Source: an uncultured Acidobacteriota bacterium
GTDB lineage: Bacteria > Acidobacteriota > Terriglobia > UBA7540
DNA length: 64,000 bases
Assembly (NCBI GenBank): GCA_963804995.1
Contig: CAWDSK010000003.1
Coordinates: 640,001 to 704,000 of the forward strand
Reading direction: 5' to 3'
In this document: in pieces, positions 51,685 through 60,956 of the stretch
Layout: every line of letters begins with the position of its first letter
Numbering within the stretch: position 1 is the stretch's first letter
Translations under genes and position numbers: made by a program
The notes under the pieces: generated by a model
What the model saw: the letters and a program-made list of their open reading frames with translations, nothing else
What the model was told of the DNA's origin: nothing
Database searches by the model: none

Positions 51685-51834
51685 TCACGAATAAGATCTG
51701 CGGCCGGTGAGCAGGTTGTACAGCAACACAATGACTGCCACCACGAGCAATAAGTGGATGAGGCCGCCGCCTACTTGAAAGCCAAATCCCAGCAGCCACA
51801 TGACGATAAGAATCATGAAAATGGTCCAAAGCAT
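51685..51834 (-). CDS. lmo0937-family small membrane protein
   Basis: MLWTI..IL...WLLG....VGGGLIHLLLV.AVIV; GGAGG RBS. Confidence 0.88.
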   Translation of the reverse strand: MLWTIFMILIVMWLLGFGFQVGGGLIHLLLVVAVIVLLYNLLTGRRSYS

Positions 51835-51897
51835 GTTGATCCTCCCCCCTAATCTCCGTCTCCAGGCAGATCCGGGATGGAAGCTAGAGGCACACTT

Positions 51898-51963
51898 GTT
51901 ATAGCGTGGGGTGATTCTCGTGTCAGCCCCGTACTGCTCACCTGGCTGGTCATAATAGCTCAC
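51898..51963 (-). promoter_or_regulatory. Doublet CRP-geometry motif plus -10 (TATAAC)
   Basis: rc GTGAGCTATTATGACCAGCC 51944-51963 and GTGAGCAGTACGGGGCTGAC 51922-51941; 18-nt gap. Confidence 0.7.
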
Positions 51964-52067
51964 CCAAGTTTTTGGGAGGCCTGTAGGGGGGGCCGGACGA
52001 AACTACGAAGGGTTCGTCGGGTTTGGAGGGGTGGGGCTTCAGCCCCGCCGTTACAAGGCCTTCCTGA

Positions 52068-53312
52068 TTATCCCCGTTTTGGGCCACTTGCTGACAGGTT
52101 CAAGAACAAAGTCAGATATCGCTTCGCATTACTGGTAATCAGAAAATTTTCCCGGACATGCTCATGCCCGTTCTCGCCCAGCTTGCGGGCAATTTCGGGG
52201 TTGGAAAGCAGAAAGCGGATCTGGTAGGCGGTTCCCTCGACGGAGTGCGCCAGCAGCCCCGTATGCTTGTGAATGACCTGGGTCGGAATACCGCCGACCG
52301 CGGAAGCCACCACGGGCTTTTTTTTCCAAAGCGCCTCTGTGACGGTGAGGCCGAACCCCTCCCGCAAACTTTTCTGGATAACGATCGTCGACCCACGTTG
52401 CAGCGCGTTGATCTCCGGATTGCTCCAGGGGGGGAGGTTGAGAATGTGGATGTCTTGGTCTCCCCCCGCGACCTCCCGCACTTCCGCCAGCACAACTTCA
52501 CCTCCCGGGTCATCGCTTGCTCCGCCCCCGGCCAAAACCAACTGGCAATCGAAGTAGCGCTTCACAATCTGATAGGCCTTCACGACACCCACGGGGTCCT
52601 TCAAGCGGTCGAAACGCGAAATCTGGGTGAGAATTGGACGAGCGGGGTCGATTCCGAAACCCTCGATAGTGCTTCGCACCACTTCCGTTTCGATCTCGCG
52701 GTTTTTGTCAGAGAGGGGATCGATACAGGGATAGGAGAGATACTGCGGGATAGGCAACTGGCGCGCAAACTCCGGCGAGGAGAATATCGCACCATCGTAC
52801 CGATTAACCCAAGGCTTGAGAAATCCCCACACCAATGGGTTGGGGCGGGAAAGGTCGATATGACACCGCCAGACCCAGTGGCCGCCACGCTCCCGCCGGG
52901 AGTTGATGAGCGCCACAGGCTGGGGATCGTGAATCACGATGAACTCAGCTTCCAATTGCAGGCGGGCGCGGTTCTGTTCGTTGTAGGCGAGAAAAACATC
53001 AAAGCTCTCCGCCGGCAGGTCATAGGACCCTCCGTGCAAAGCGTTGTGGAACGCCTTTGTAATTTCAAAGAAATCGTTCCCGCCCGTGATCACTTCCCAG
53101 CGGATCGCCAGCCCCAATTCCTGAAGGATGGGCACCAGCCGGGTGAGGATTTCCGCCACGCCGCCGCCCACCGCCGTCGAGTTGACCATCTGCACTGTGC
53201 GGCCCTGAAGCGGCGCCGCCAGGGCACGCATCTCCGCCACCTCCGGCTCACCGAGAACCGGGACGTAATCTTCCAAGTGAATCCATCGCGGAATGGCCAT
53301 TCCTGGGCTCAC
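52068..53312 (-). CDS. treT: TreT-like trehalose glycosyl-transferring synthase (GT4)
   Basis: VNSTAVGGGVAEIL, TK.FHNALHG, IHDPQP, WRCHID, QISRFD..KDP, QKS.REGFGLTVTEALWK. Confidence 0.82.
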   Translation of the reverse strand: MSPGMAIPRWIHLEDYVPVLGEPEVAEMRALAAPLQGRTVQMVNSTAVGGGVAEILTRLVPILQELGLAIRWEVITGGNDFFEITKAFHNALHGGSYDLPAESFDVFLAYNEQNRARLQLEAEFIVIHDPQPVALINSRRERGGHWVWRCHIDLSRPNPLVWGFLKPWVNRYDGAIFSSPEFARQLPIPQYLSYPCIDPLSDKNREIETEVVRSTIEGFGIDPARPILTQISRFDRLKDPVGVVKAYQIVKRYFDCQLVLAGGGASDDPGGEVVLAEVREVAGGDQDIHILNLPPWSNPEINALQRGSTIVIQKSLREGFGLTVTEALWKKKPVVASAVGGIPTQVIHKHTGLLAHSVEGTAYQIRFLLSNPEIARKLGENGHEHVRENFLITSNAKRYLTLFLNLSASGPKRG

Positions 53313-53965
53313 CGGCTCAGCTCCTTCTGGACCAAAGCCATGAGCCTGGCCTTGGCGCTCTCAAGAGTGTTGGTATAGATATCGATGCGGTCTATCTTTC
53401 GAGCGAGACTTCCTAGGCCCAACTCCTTCTCCAGCCAGTTGGAGAAGTCGTTGGTGCGCAAGTGCAGTCTTAAACGCGAGGCAATGAAGTGGAAATGAAA
53501 GGAGGCATGACTCAGCCTTCCAAGGCCGCATTGAAATTCCTCTAGTGTTCGGGCCTCGATCCCCAAGGGCACCGCCACTTCAATGGCCTCGCCAAAGTAG
53601 AAGGGTTCGAAGGCCGATTGTTCGGCCTCGCGCGAGTTCGCCTCACAATACTCTGAGACCAGCCGTTTAATATCCGCCCGCAGCTCCGCCAAAGAGACGT
53701 AATCGCGAATGTCGAGGGAGGCTAACTGCTCCGCCAGTTCAGGCCGATTACAAGAGGCCAGTACCCACTGAGCAAAATCATTGGAGAATCCCTCCGTAAG
53801 AAAGTGGTGGCGGCTGAGACTCTGAAAGGTGTGGTAGAAAACCGATGCGTCGCTGCAACTCTCCAGGCAAGCGCTCAGTTGAGCCAGCGTGGTCGCCTTC
53901 TGATTAAGGATCAGGGGCAGATATGATGCCGTCACGAATCGGAAGGGGTTCTCAGCTGTTTTCAT
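53309..53965 (-). CDS. DUF5752-like protein
   Basis: Duplicated A.TL..L/F...L.....S..YH/FH.......NDF..W units; adjacent to treT. Confidence 0.7.
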   Translation of the reverse strand: MKTAENPFRFVTASYLPLILNQKATTLAQLSACLESCSDASVFYHTFQSLSRHHFLTEGFSNDFAQWVLASCNRPELAEQLASLDIRDYVSLAELRADIKRLVSEYCEANSREAEQSAFEPFYFGEAIEVAVPLGIEARTLEEFQCGLGRLSHASFHFHFIASRLRLHLRTNDFSNWLEKELGLGSLARKIDRIDIYTNTLESAKARLMALVQKELSR

Positions 53966-54854
53966 CGATTTCGCCCTCCAATCTTGCCAGGAACTGCTTT
54001 ACCTCGCCAGGGTTGCGAACGTAAAACCGAGCCTTCGTCCGCCCTCCTCCGCCGACCCGGATGGTCAGCCCGTTGGGAAGCGCCGTGAAAGCCATTTCAT
54101 CGGTCGTGTCATCACCCAGAAAAACCGGAAGCACAGGCCGGCGCGGATTTGAGATCAATGCGCGCACCGCGGGTCCCTTTCCCTCGATTACCTTGGGAAG
54201 CAACTCCCAAACCTTCTTGCCTTCCAGGAGGTGAATCTGGGGGCTGAAACGCTCGCAGACTTCGTGGATGACAGGGCGCGCCCGCCGCACGGCCGCGGCT
54301 GAGGCTTCGCGGTAATGGACGGCCAGCCCCAACCTCTTGTCTTCGATCCATATCCGCTTCGTCCTTGGAAGGTTCCCTTCCAGCGCTTGTTTGGCTTCCG
54401 CGAGCAATTTCCGCTCTCGAACCATTCTCCCGAGCCGGGGGCCCTCATACCCATGCAAACCCAAAAGGTGAACACCCGCAACCGGGACGAGGCGCCGGAG
54501 GTCCGCCAGCGTACGTCCGCTAATGACATAGACTCGGATCCGCCCATCCCGGGAAAGTCTGCCCAAGAGCCGCCGGAGCGGGAGGCTCAGAGGCTTTACG
54601 TCATGCGGCCGTCTGCGGAGCCGTGTCAGGGTGCCGTCGAAATCAAGAAAAAGCGCGACGAATTCTGCAGATCGGATCTCCTTCGCCACTTTCTTCCAGT
54701 GTTTGAAGAGGTGGGTCGATCCACCTTGGCGGCGCGTAACTCGTTTCCGCCTCCCAATCTCCGGCGCCACGCGGCGCGAACGGGCCGCTGGGTTCCTCGG
54801 TCGCTTCAAGAGTACTCCTGACCGCGTTTTCCTCGGATCGACATTAACCCCCAA
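53952..54854 (-). CDS. otsB: Trehalose-6-phosphate phosphatase (HAD; start uncertain)
   Basis: LFLDFDGTL, ISGR, AVHYR, GKKVWE, FLGDDTTDE.AF. Confidence 0.9.
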   Translation of the reverse strand: MGVNVDPRKTRSGVLLKRPRNPAARSRRVAPEIGRRKRVTRRQGGSTHLFKHWKKVAKEIRSAEFVALFLDFDGTLTRLRRRPHDVKPLSLPLRRLLGRLSRDGRIRVYVISGRTLADLRRLVPVAGVHLLGLHGYEGPRLGRMVRERKLLAEAKQALEGNLPRTKRIWIEDKRLGLAVHYREASAAAVRRARPVIHEVCERFSPQIHLLEGKKVWELLPKVIEGKGPAVRALISNPRRPVLPVFLGDDTTDEMAFTALPNGLTIRVGGGGRTKARFYVRNPGEVKQFLARLEGEIDENS

Positions 54855-54869
54855 ACGCTGCGGGCCGCC

Positions 54870-57137
54870 TTACGAGCGAGTCCTCGCCGGCTCTGGGCGG
54901 TCGGGGCGGATTTGCGACAACTCTTCGATCAGGCTGCCGGCCCAGCGATAAATGTTATGGTCTTTCACCACCTGCCGCATGCGACACATCCTCGCCCCTT
55001 TTTCGTCCGGATCCATCTCCAAGGCATAACGTATTGCCTCCGCCAGTTGCTCGGTATCGTAGGGATTCACCACCAAGGCGTCACGTAATTCCCGGCTAGC
55101 GCCCGTGAAGCGGCTCAGTATCAAAACGCCTCCTTCATCATCCCGGGCGGCTACAAACTCTTTCGCCACCAGATTCATGCCGTCGTGCAGCGAGGTCACC
55201 AGGCAAAGATCGGCCGCCTTGTAGTAGTGTCCAATCTCTTCGTGGGTATGATGCCGTTTCAAGTAGACGATGGGTTTCCACGTACTCGTCTGAAACCGCC
55301 AGTTGATGCGATCCGCTTCGGATTCGACCTCCCCCAATAAGTCATGGTAGCGCTTGATGTGAGTGCGGCTGGGGGCGCCTATCTGCACGAAGGTGAACTG
55401 GCCTTGGTACGCGGGGTACTTTTCGAGGAACCGCTCGATACCCCGAAAGCGCTCCAGGATCCCTTTCGTGTAGTCCACCCGCTCCACCCCCACACCCATG
55501 AAGGTCGCCTGCACGCCCAGATCCTTGAACAGAGCCGCTCGTTCGAGGTAGAGCGACCGTGGTGAGTCGCCTGCTTCCGCCACCCCCTCCGGGACGGCAA
55601 CGCTGATGGGAAACGGCCTGACCAGGGTAAGCTGGCCTCCGCGACTGACGGCGAATCGTTCCCATTCAATTCGGCACTCCAGGACGCGGTCGACGGTCTC
55701 GAGAAAATTATCGCAGTGCGATTGAATGTGGAACCCGACCAGGTCCGCACCCAGCAGGCCATCGAGCAGTTCCCTCTGCCAGGGGCAAATCCCGAAGGCC
55801 TCCGGGTTCGGCCACGGAATGTGCCAGAAGATGGCGACGCGAGCGTCCGGCCGTTTTTCCTTCACGAGGCGCGGCAAAAGAGCGAAGTGGTAATCCTGGA
55901 TCAGGACCGCAGGCTGCTCAATGTCTTTCATTTCCTCGACCACTGCTTGGGCAAACTTCGCATTGGCCTCTTGATAGAAACCCCAGTCGGAAGCCCGAAA
56001 AGTCGGCCGCGTGTGAGCGATGTGGCAGAGCGGCCAAAGTCCTTCATTGGCGAATCCAAAGTAATAGCCTTCCTCTTGTTCCTTGGTGAGCCAAACCCTT
56101 CTCAGGGTGTATTGCGGTTCATCCGGAGGGACCCTCAAGCGGTCCCTCGCATCCACCCTCTCGCGGTCGGCGTCCCCCGACCCATGTGCCACCCACGTCC
56201 CCTCGCAAGCCCGCAGGATGGGCTCAAGTGCCGTCACCAGGCCGCTGGCGGGAACCACAGCTTCCACCGACTTCCCGTGGCGGATGTGCATATAGGGTTC
56301 CCGGTTTGAGACCACGAAAAGCGGTTTTTCCCGGAGGCGGCCGCGGACGTGAATCCGGAGCCGTTCCGGAGTCCAGACCGATTCAGCGGCTTCGCGCAGC
56401 CGAGCCTCTTCTTCGGCCGCGGCTCTTGCGGTTTCCAGGCTCTTCACAAAATGGGTTACTTCCTGAGTAAGCGGTTGGAATAGATCGGCCCCGGGAAGAT
56501 CGCGGGGTTCGACGGTCCGGCCAGCGCGGAGCTGCCGCATCCATTCCGCCGTCCTGGCGATCGGCCTGGTGATTGTCCAACGGATGATGAGCAGGGTTGC
56601 CAACACAATGAAAAGAGTTTGGACGAGGACTCGCCGGAACGAGTCGCGCCAAAGCCGGGTGCCTTGGGCGTCAATAAAGCTGGCGTCGTGAAAAATCGCC
56701 AACGAGCCAACGACCTTGTCGTCCAAGATCAAAGGAACAGAGTAAACATGCAGGCGTGCCGGACCTACCCCGAGGTATTCCCCGTGGGGCTGATTCTCGG
56801 TCACCGCCCGCGCGGCCACATCCGGGCGATTCCGGAGGCGTTCGCCCAACCCCGTGGTCATGGCCAGGGGGTGGCCGTCCGCGTCATAGACGGCGACGCC
56901 CGCCAGCCGCTGGCGGTTACCGAACCGGTCCACAAGATTCTGAAGATCTTTATGGTTGCGCTTCTGTAGGAGAGGCTCAACCCCCTGGCCAAGGCTTTCG
57001 GCTAGCAGTTCCGCGCGCTGCTCCAGTTCCTTCCGCGTGTTGCGCTTCTCCCCCTTCACCTGGAAATAGGCGAAGAGCAAAGTCACCAGAGCAGTGCCAA
57101 TAATCAGCGAGATCATCAAACGGGCAGTGATCTTCAT
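54870..57137 (-). CDS. otsA: Trehalose-6-phosphate synthase with N-terminal TM-periplasmic-TM-HAMP-like extension
   Basis: [57 protein letters not shown]; about 270 extra N-terminal residues with two TMs. Confidence 0.88.
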   Translation of the reverse strand: MKITARLMISLIIGTALVTLLFAYFQVKGEKRNTRKELEQRAELLAESLGQGVEPLLQKRNHKDLQNLVDRFGNRQRLAGVAVYDADGHPLAMTTGLGERLRNRPDVAARAVTENQPHGEYLGVGPARLHVYSVPLILDDKVVGSLAIFHDASFIDAQGTRLWRDSFRRVLVQTLFIVLATLLIIRWTITRPIARTAEWMRQLRAGRTVEPRDLPGADLFQPLTQEVTHFVKSLETARAAAEEEARLREAAESVWTPERLRIHVRGRLREKPLFVVSNREPYMHIRHGKSVEAVVPASGLVTALEPILRACEGTWVAHGSGDADRERVDARDRLRVPPDEPQYTLRRVWLTKEQEEGYYFGFANEGLWPLCHIAHTRPTFRASDWGFYQEANAKFAQAVVEEMKDIEQPAVLIQDYHFALLPRLVKEKRPDARVAIFWHIPWPNPEAFGICPWQRELLDGLLGADLVGFHIQSHCDNFLETVDRVLECRIEWERFAVSRGGQLTLVRPFPISVAVPEGVAEAGDSPRSLYLERAALFKDLGVQATFMGVGVERVDYTKGILERFRGIERFLEKYPAYQGQFTFVQIGAPSRTHIKRYHDLLGEVESEADRINWRFQTSTWKPIVYLKRHHTHEEIGHYYKAADLCLVTSLHDGMNLVAKEFVAARDDEGGVLILSRFTGASRELRDALVVNPYDTEQLAEAIRYALEMDPDEKGARMCRMRQVVKDHNIYRWAGSLIEELSQIRPDRPEPARTRS

Positions 57138-57217
57138 ATTTCCGTCCTGCGAGCACCGGCTCAGCCACCTGCCACCCGAGGCAGGCAAGCGATCCTGCAA
57201 GAACAGTTTCCGCCGCG

Positions 57218-57934
57218 CTACAGATGGTGCAGGGTGTCTTCCGCTTCCGGGCGCGGTTTGGGGTGGAACTGAGACTGCAACAGCTCCCGGGCAAGATCCC
57301 GGGCGCCCAAGCCGAAGGCAATGGCCATCGCCGTCACTAAACCGCCAAAGGTAATTGCAAAGGTTACAATAATGGTGGTGCGGCTGATCTCCAGTTCGTC
57401 CAGCGCGGCCACGACGGTCAACGCCATAACAAAGAAGCGGGTGATACCAGAGAGGAATCGCGCTGAGGGAAGATTGGCATTAACCGCAGCTATCAGCACG
57501 CTCCGGCCCAGAAAGCCACTGATCAGCACCCCGGCGATCAGGACCAGCAAGGCGGCCAGCAGATGGGGCAGATAAAGGAACACTCGTTCCGCCAGGTTCG
57601 TCGTCAGCGGCGTCCCCAGGGCGTTCAGTCCTGCCAGCATCGCCGTCAGCACAATCAGTCCTTGTATGATTTGGCCGGCCAGGTAGGAGCTTGACGGCGC
57701 CAGCCCCGTTCGTTGGACGATCAATCCCACGCCCAATCGGTCACACAGCCGATCGAAGCGCAGGACGCGGAGGATTCGGTAAACGATCTCCTTGGCGAGC
57801 CACCCCAGCAGCAATCCCAGCAGCAGGAGAACCAGCATCCCCACCAGGCTTGAAAGACTCGCCACCGCTTGCTGGCCCAGGTCCCGCAACGGCCCCCAAA
57901 CCGCTTGTTCCAAGAATCCTTTCATGGTTGTCAC
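57218..57934 (-). CDS. Multi-TM protein resembling the MscS/CmpX conserved TM-helix domain
   Basis: Repeated P.L..A...L..G helices; AIAFGLG.RD.A. Confidence 0.75.
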   Translation of the reverse strand: MTTMKGFLEQAVWGPLRDLGQQAVASLSSLVGMLVLLLLGLLLGWLAKEIVYRILRVLRFDRLCDRLGVGLIVQRTGLAPSSSYLAGQIIQGLIVLTAMLAGLNALGTPLTTNLAERVFLYLPHLLAALLVLIAGVLISGFLGRSVLIAAVNANLPSARFLSGITRFFVMALTVVAALDELEISRTTIIVTFAITFGGLVTAMAIAFGLGARDLARELLQSQFHPKPRPEAEDTLHHL

Positions 57935-59211
57935 CTCTTTTCACGAGCCCCCAGGGGCCATTGATTGATCAAATAGGGCTTCAACTGCTCGTAAATCAAG
58001 CAAAGTCTCTCAATGCAATCATTCGATTGGGCCACCGACTCGTTTTCCGTCTTTCCCGCAAAGGATGCCACCCATCCCAGGTAGAGCGGCGCCAGGGATT
58101 TCAGCAGGTGTTCGCGGTCGATCTCCCAGCGGTGGTAAGCAAGAGCGGCCTCGTAGATGAGTCCCACCCAAAGCTCCTCCCGCAGCGCGAACTTCTCGAC
58201 CGGGAGCGACGCACACGCATCAAGTTCTTTCAACTGCTGCGCAGTATAGAGCGTTTCATAAATGGGCCGCAGATCCCTGACCCCTTGCGTGAACGAGGCC
58301 ATTAGCTGCGGCCGAGGGATCGGCACCGCTTCCACCTCTGCCTTGAAAGGAGAGCCCAACAGAGGGGCGGGCAAGGAGCCCAGCACGTTCCGCCATACGG
58401 ATTCATAGGTCTCCATCAGGCTGAAGACGGATCCCACCACCTGAACCAGAACCGCGCCTAAGTCCGGCCCGGAATCTTTGGAATCGTGGATCCTGGCTCC
58501 CAGGTAGGACTGACAGACCCGGAAGTTCCCGGCCACAGCCGCGGTGGTCATCCAGATGTCGATACTGTAGCGAGCAACGTCCGTGTTCCACACGTCGCGC
58601 GCAAGAAAGTGGCGCACCAGGCGCCCGGAAATTCCGAACTCCCCGCCAATGGGTTGCCGGATGCGGCAGCCATACAGAGCCCGAGTCAGCGGGTAGACAA
58701 TGCTGCTGGTGATGGTTCCGTCATATTTGTGGCGGTTATAATAAGGGGCCACGTAATCGAAATCCTGCGCCAGAATGGGTTCGAGGAGCAGGTTGATCCA
58801 TTCCGGGTTAATGCTCTGGAGGTCCGCATCCACAATCACCAAGGCTTGGGCCTCGGCGAGCTCCGCAACTCGGAAGAGCGTCCGGAAGGCGTTCCCTTTG
58901 CCGGGCACGCCGTGATACGGAGTCGTGAGGTGATGCACGGGGTAGAGAGGATGCTGGATTATCAGCAGCGGTTGTGAATCGGTTTTCGCCCTTTGCGCAA
59001 TCTCCGGGGTGCCGTCCTTCGAGCCGCCATCGGAATTGACGATTAGAGCCTTATGGCCTGCCAGGTACTTGAGTAACCCGGCCTGTGCAGTCTTGACCAC
59101 GTGACCGATGGTGAGGGCGCTGTTGTAACTGGGAATTCCCACGACGATGTCAAACGGCCCCAGCTCGCCGAGCGTCTCCATCGCCTGATCTTTCAGGAGT
59201 TCTTCCGTCAA
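57931..59211 (-). CDS. GT-A glycosyltransferase (glucosyl-/mannosyl-glycerate synthase-like)
   Basis: VVGIPSYN, NSDGGS.DGT, PGKG.A, VDAD, P.Y.RHKYDGTIT, RQPIGGEFG, IDIWMT. Confidence 0.78.
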   Translation of the reverse strand: MTEELLKDQAMETLGELGPFDIVVGIPSYNSALTIGHVVKTAQAGLLKYLAGHKALIVNSDGGSKDGTPEIAQRAKTDSQPLLIIQHPLYPVHHLTTPYHGVPGKGNAFRTLFRVAELAEAQALVIVDADLQSINPEWINLLLEPILAQDFDYVAPYYNRHKYDGTITSSIVYPLTRALYGCRIRQPIGGEFGISGRLVRHFLARDVWNTDVARYSIDIWMTTAAVAGNFRVCQSYLGARIHDSKDSGPDLGAVLVQVVGSVFSLMETYESVWRNVLGSLPAPLLGSPFKAEVEAVPIPRPQLMASFTQGVRDLRPIYETLYTAQQLKELDACASLPVEKFALREELWVGLIYEAALAYHRWEIDREHLLKSLAPLYLGWVASFAGKTENESVAQSNDCIERLCLIYEQLKPYLINQWPLGAREKR

Positions 59212-59558
59212 CGTGACCTTCTTCCAGCATTGTCTCTTCTTGCCTATTAGAGCCGATTATGAGGGTGCGGCATGACACGTGCCAAACACCCCCACTTTGG
59301 CTATCTGCCTGCTCCTGCGGCAAATCCGGCCGGTCCCCACAGGATGCAGGAAGTAAATTTGGGAAGGTTGCGTGGCAATTTTACCCTCGAATTCGCGGCG
59401 CGCCCAACCCCCGGTCATACCAACCGAAGACACTCTGGTTTTCAAACCGTGGCACGAATCGGGATTCCCATTCTGGGTCCCCGAGTCGCCGACGGTACAC
59501 CCCGGGTTTCCATTCATGAACCTTGACGCCAAGATCAAAACATCCCGGGCGGCGGGCT

Positions 59559-59578
59559 GTCTGTTCAAAAGTGCTCAG
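59559..59578 (-). promoter_or_regulatory. CRP-geometry motif site upstream of the trehalose operon
   Basis: rc CTGAGCACTTTTGAACAGAC; no clear -10 at the usual spacing. Confidence 0.6.
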
Positions 59579-59636
59579 CGGCAATCGGATTCGCCGCCGC
59601 TCGCCGCGAAAGCCGTATCCTGGCTGCCGGACTTAG

Positions 59637-59780
59637 GGATGCCTGGCCGGCCAGACGGTACGCATCTCCACGGCTGTCACGGTGACCAATTGCACGCTTT
59701 AGAGGATCGAGAAGTCGCTGATGGTGCGTCTGCTCCACGAGCAGCACGGCGTCTCGGAATTGTTCGTCACGCACCTCCTA
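59637..59780 (+). pseudogene. Crp/Fnr-family transcription regulator internal fragment with in-frame stop
   Basis: GCLAGQTVRISTAVTVTNCTL*RIEKSLMVRLLHEQHGVSELFVTHLL (end of cNMP-binding domain and start of the following helices). Confidence 0.72.
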
Positions 59781-59825
59781 CCATCCAAACTGTCACGACC
59801 AACCGCATACCCCACCCCCACTGCG

Positions 59826-59891
59826 CTGAGCAATCTTGACCTACGGCGTGAGCCGTACGGAACTGACACGCCTACCGAGAGACGGTATAAG
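59826..59891 (+). promoter_or_regulatory. Doublet CRP-geometry motif plus -10 (TATAAG)
   Basis: CTGAGCAATCTTGACCTACG 59826; GTGAGCCGTACGGAACTGAC 59848; -10 at 59886. Confidence 0.72.
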
Positions 59892-59949
59892 CAGTGTGCC
59901 TCGAGTATCCGGTGAGAGGCAGAGGCAACAAGAGTGGGAGGCAATACCT

Positions 59950-60651
59950 ATGAAATACAATCGAGTTATCAGCACAGTAGTTCTGTTTTTACTCCTCGGA
60001 AGCACCCTTCCCGCCTTCGCGGAAAAAGGCGAGAAGGAAAAGGGTGGAGGCGGAGGTCAGGCGCCACAGGCACAGCACCAGGCGCAACCTCAGCGTGCCC
60101 AGCAGCAGCCGCAACGTGCCCAACAGCAACCACAACGCGCGCAACAGCAGCCGCAGCGCACTCAACAGGTGCAACGTCAGCAGCAGCCGCAGCGCACCCA
60201 ACAGGTGCAACGCCAGCAGCAACCGCAGCGCACCCAACAGGTGCAACGCCAGCAGCAACCGCAGCGCACCCAACAGGTGCAACGCCAGCAACAGCCGCAA
60301 CGCACGCAACAGGTGCAGGCCCAGCAATCACAGCGCGGGCAGTCCGGAAGGCAGCAATCACAGACCATGGCTACCAACCGTGGCGGTGGCGGCGGGGGCC
60401 AATACGGGCGTATTTCCAATGCCAATTACGGCGCCCACTTCGGGCATGACCACTCGTTCCACATGGGGCGTCCCCAGATGATCGGCGGGTATAACCGCTT
60501 CCAGTACGGCGGCTATTGGTTCGGGTTCAATGCCGGATGGCCCATCGGCTGGGACTACGACGACGACGTTTATGTCGAATACATCGATGGCGCCTACTAC
60601 ATGTTCGACCTGAGGCATCCGGGTATTCAGATTGCACTCAACATCTTTTAA
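59950..60651 (+). CDS. Secreted Gln-rich repeat protein with aromatic C-terminal domain
   Basis: GGGAGG RBS, signal peptide, 7-aa and 12-aa (QRTQQVQRQQQP) repeats, HFG..H.F...RFQYGGYWF..W.Y.DDVYVEY. Confidence 0.85.
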   Translation: MKYNRVISTVVLFLLLGSTLPAFAEKGEKEKGGGGGQAPQAQHQAQPQRAQQQPQRAQQQPQRAQQQPQRTQQVQRQQQPQRTQQVQRQQQPQRTQQVQRQQQPQRTQQVQRQQQPQRTQQVQAQQSQRGQSGRQQSQTMATNRGGGGGGQYGRISNANYGAHFGHDHSFHMGRPQMIGGYNRFQYGGYWFGFNAGWPIGWDYDDDVYVEYIDGAYYMFDLRHPGIQIALNIF

Positions 60652-60898
60652 CGATCTATCCAGCACACCTTCGGGGAGGGATTCAACCGGCGCGGGCTGG
60701 GTGATTCGCCCCGGGGGCGAAGTTGGAGGAGGCCTTTGGCGTAAGTGGCACTTCAGCGGCTCATCATGCTGAGAGCTGTCATCGTGAATGGCCATGTTCA
60801 TCCAAAGCGCCGGGGGCAAATAATTCGATAATTACCGGGCTTCCAGCCTGTATTTCCCCCCCCGCCATTAATAAATCTTGGACAGTTTGAGACAAAGT

Positions 60899-60942
60899 GT
60901 GAGCAAAACAGAACAGATGCAGGAATCACCCCAGGGTACAAT
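60899..60942 (+). promoter_or_regulatory. CRP-geometry motif plus -10 (TACAAT)
   Basis: GTGAGCAAAACAGAACAGAT, 18 nt, TACAAT 60937. Confidence 0.72.
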
Positions 60943-60956
60943 AAATTAAGATAACT

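Noticed and set aside
52158..53378. 406-aa plus-strand ORF
   Set aside because: Antisense shadow of treT
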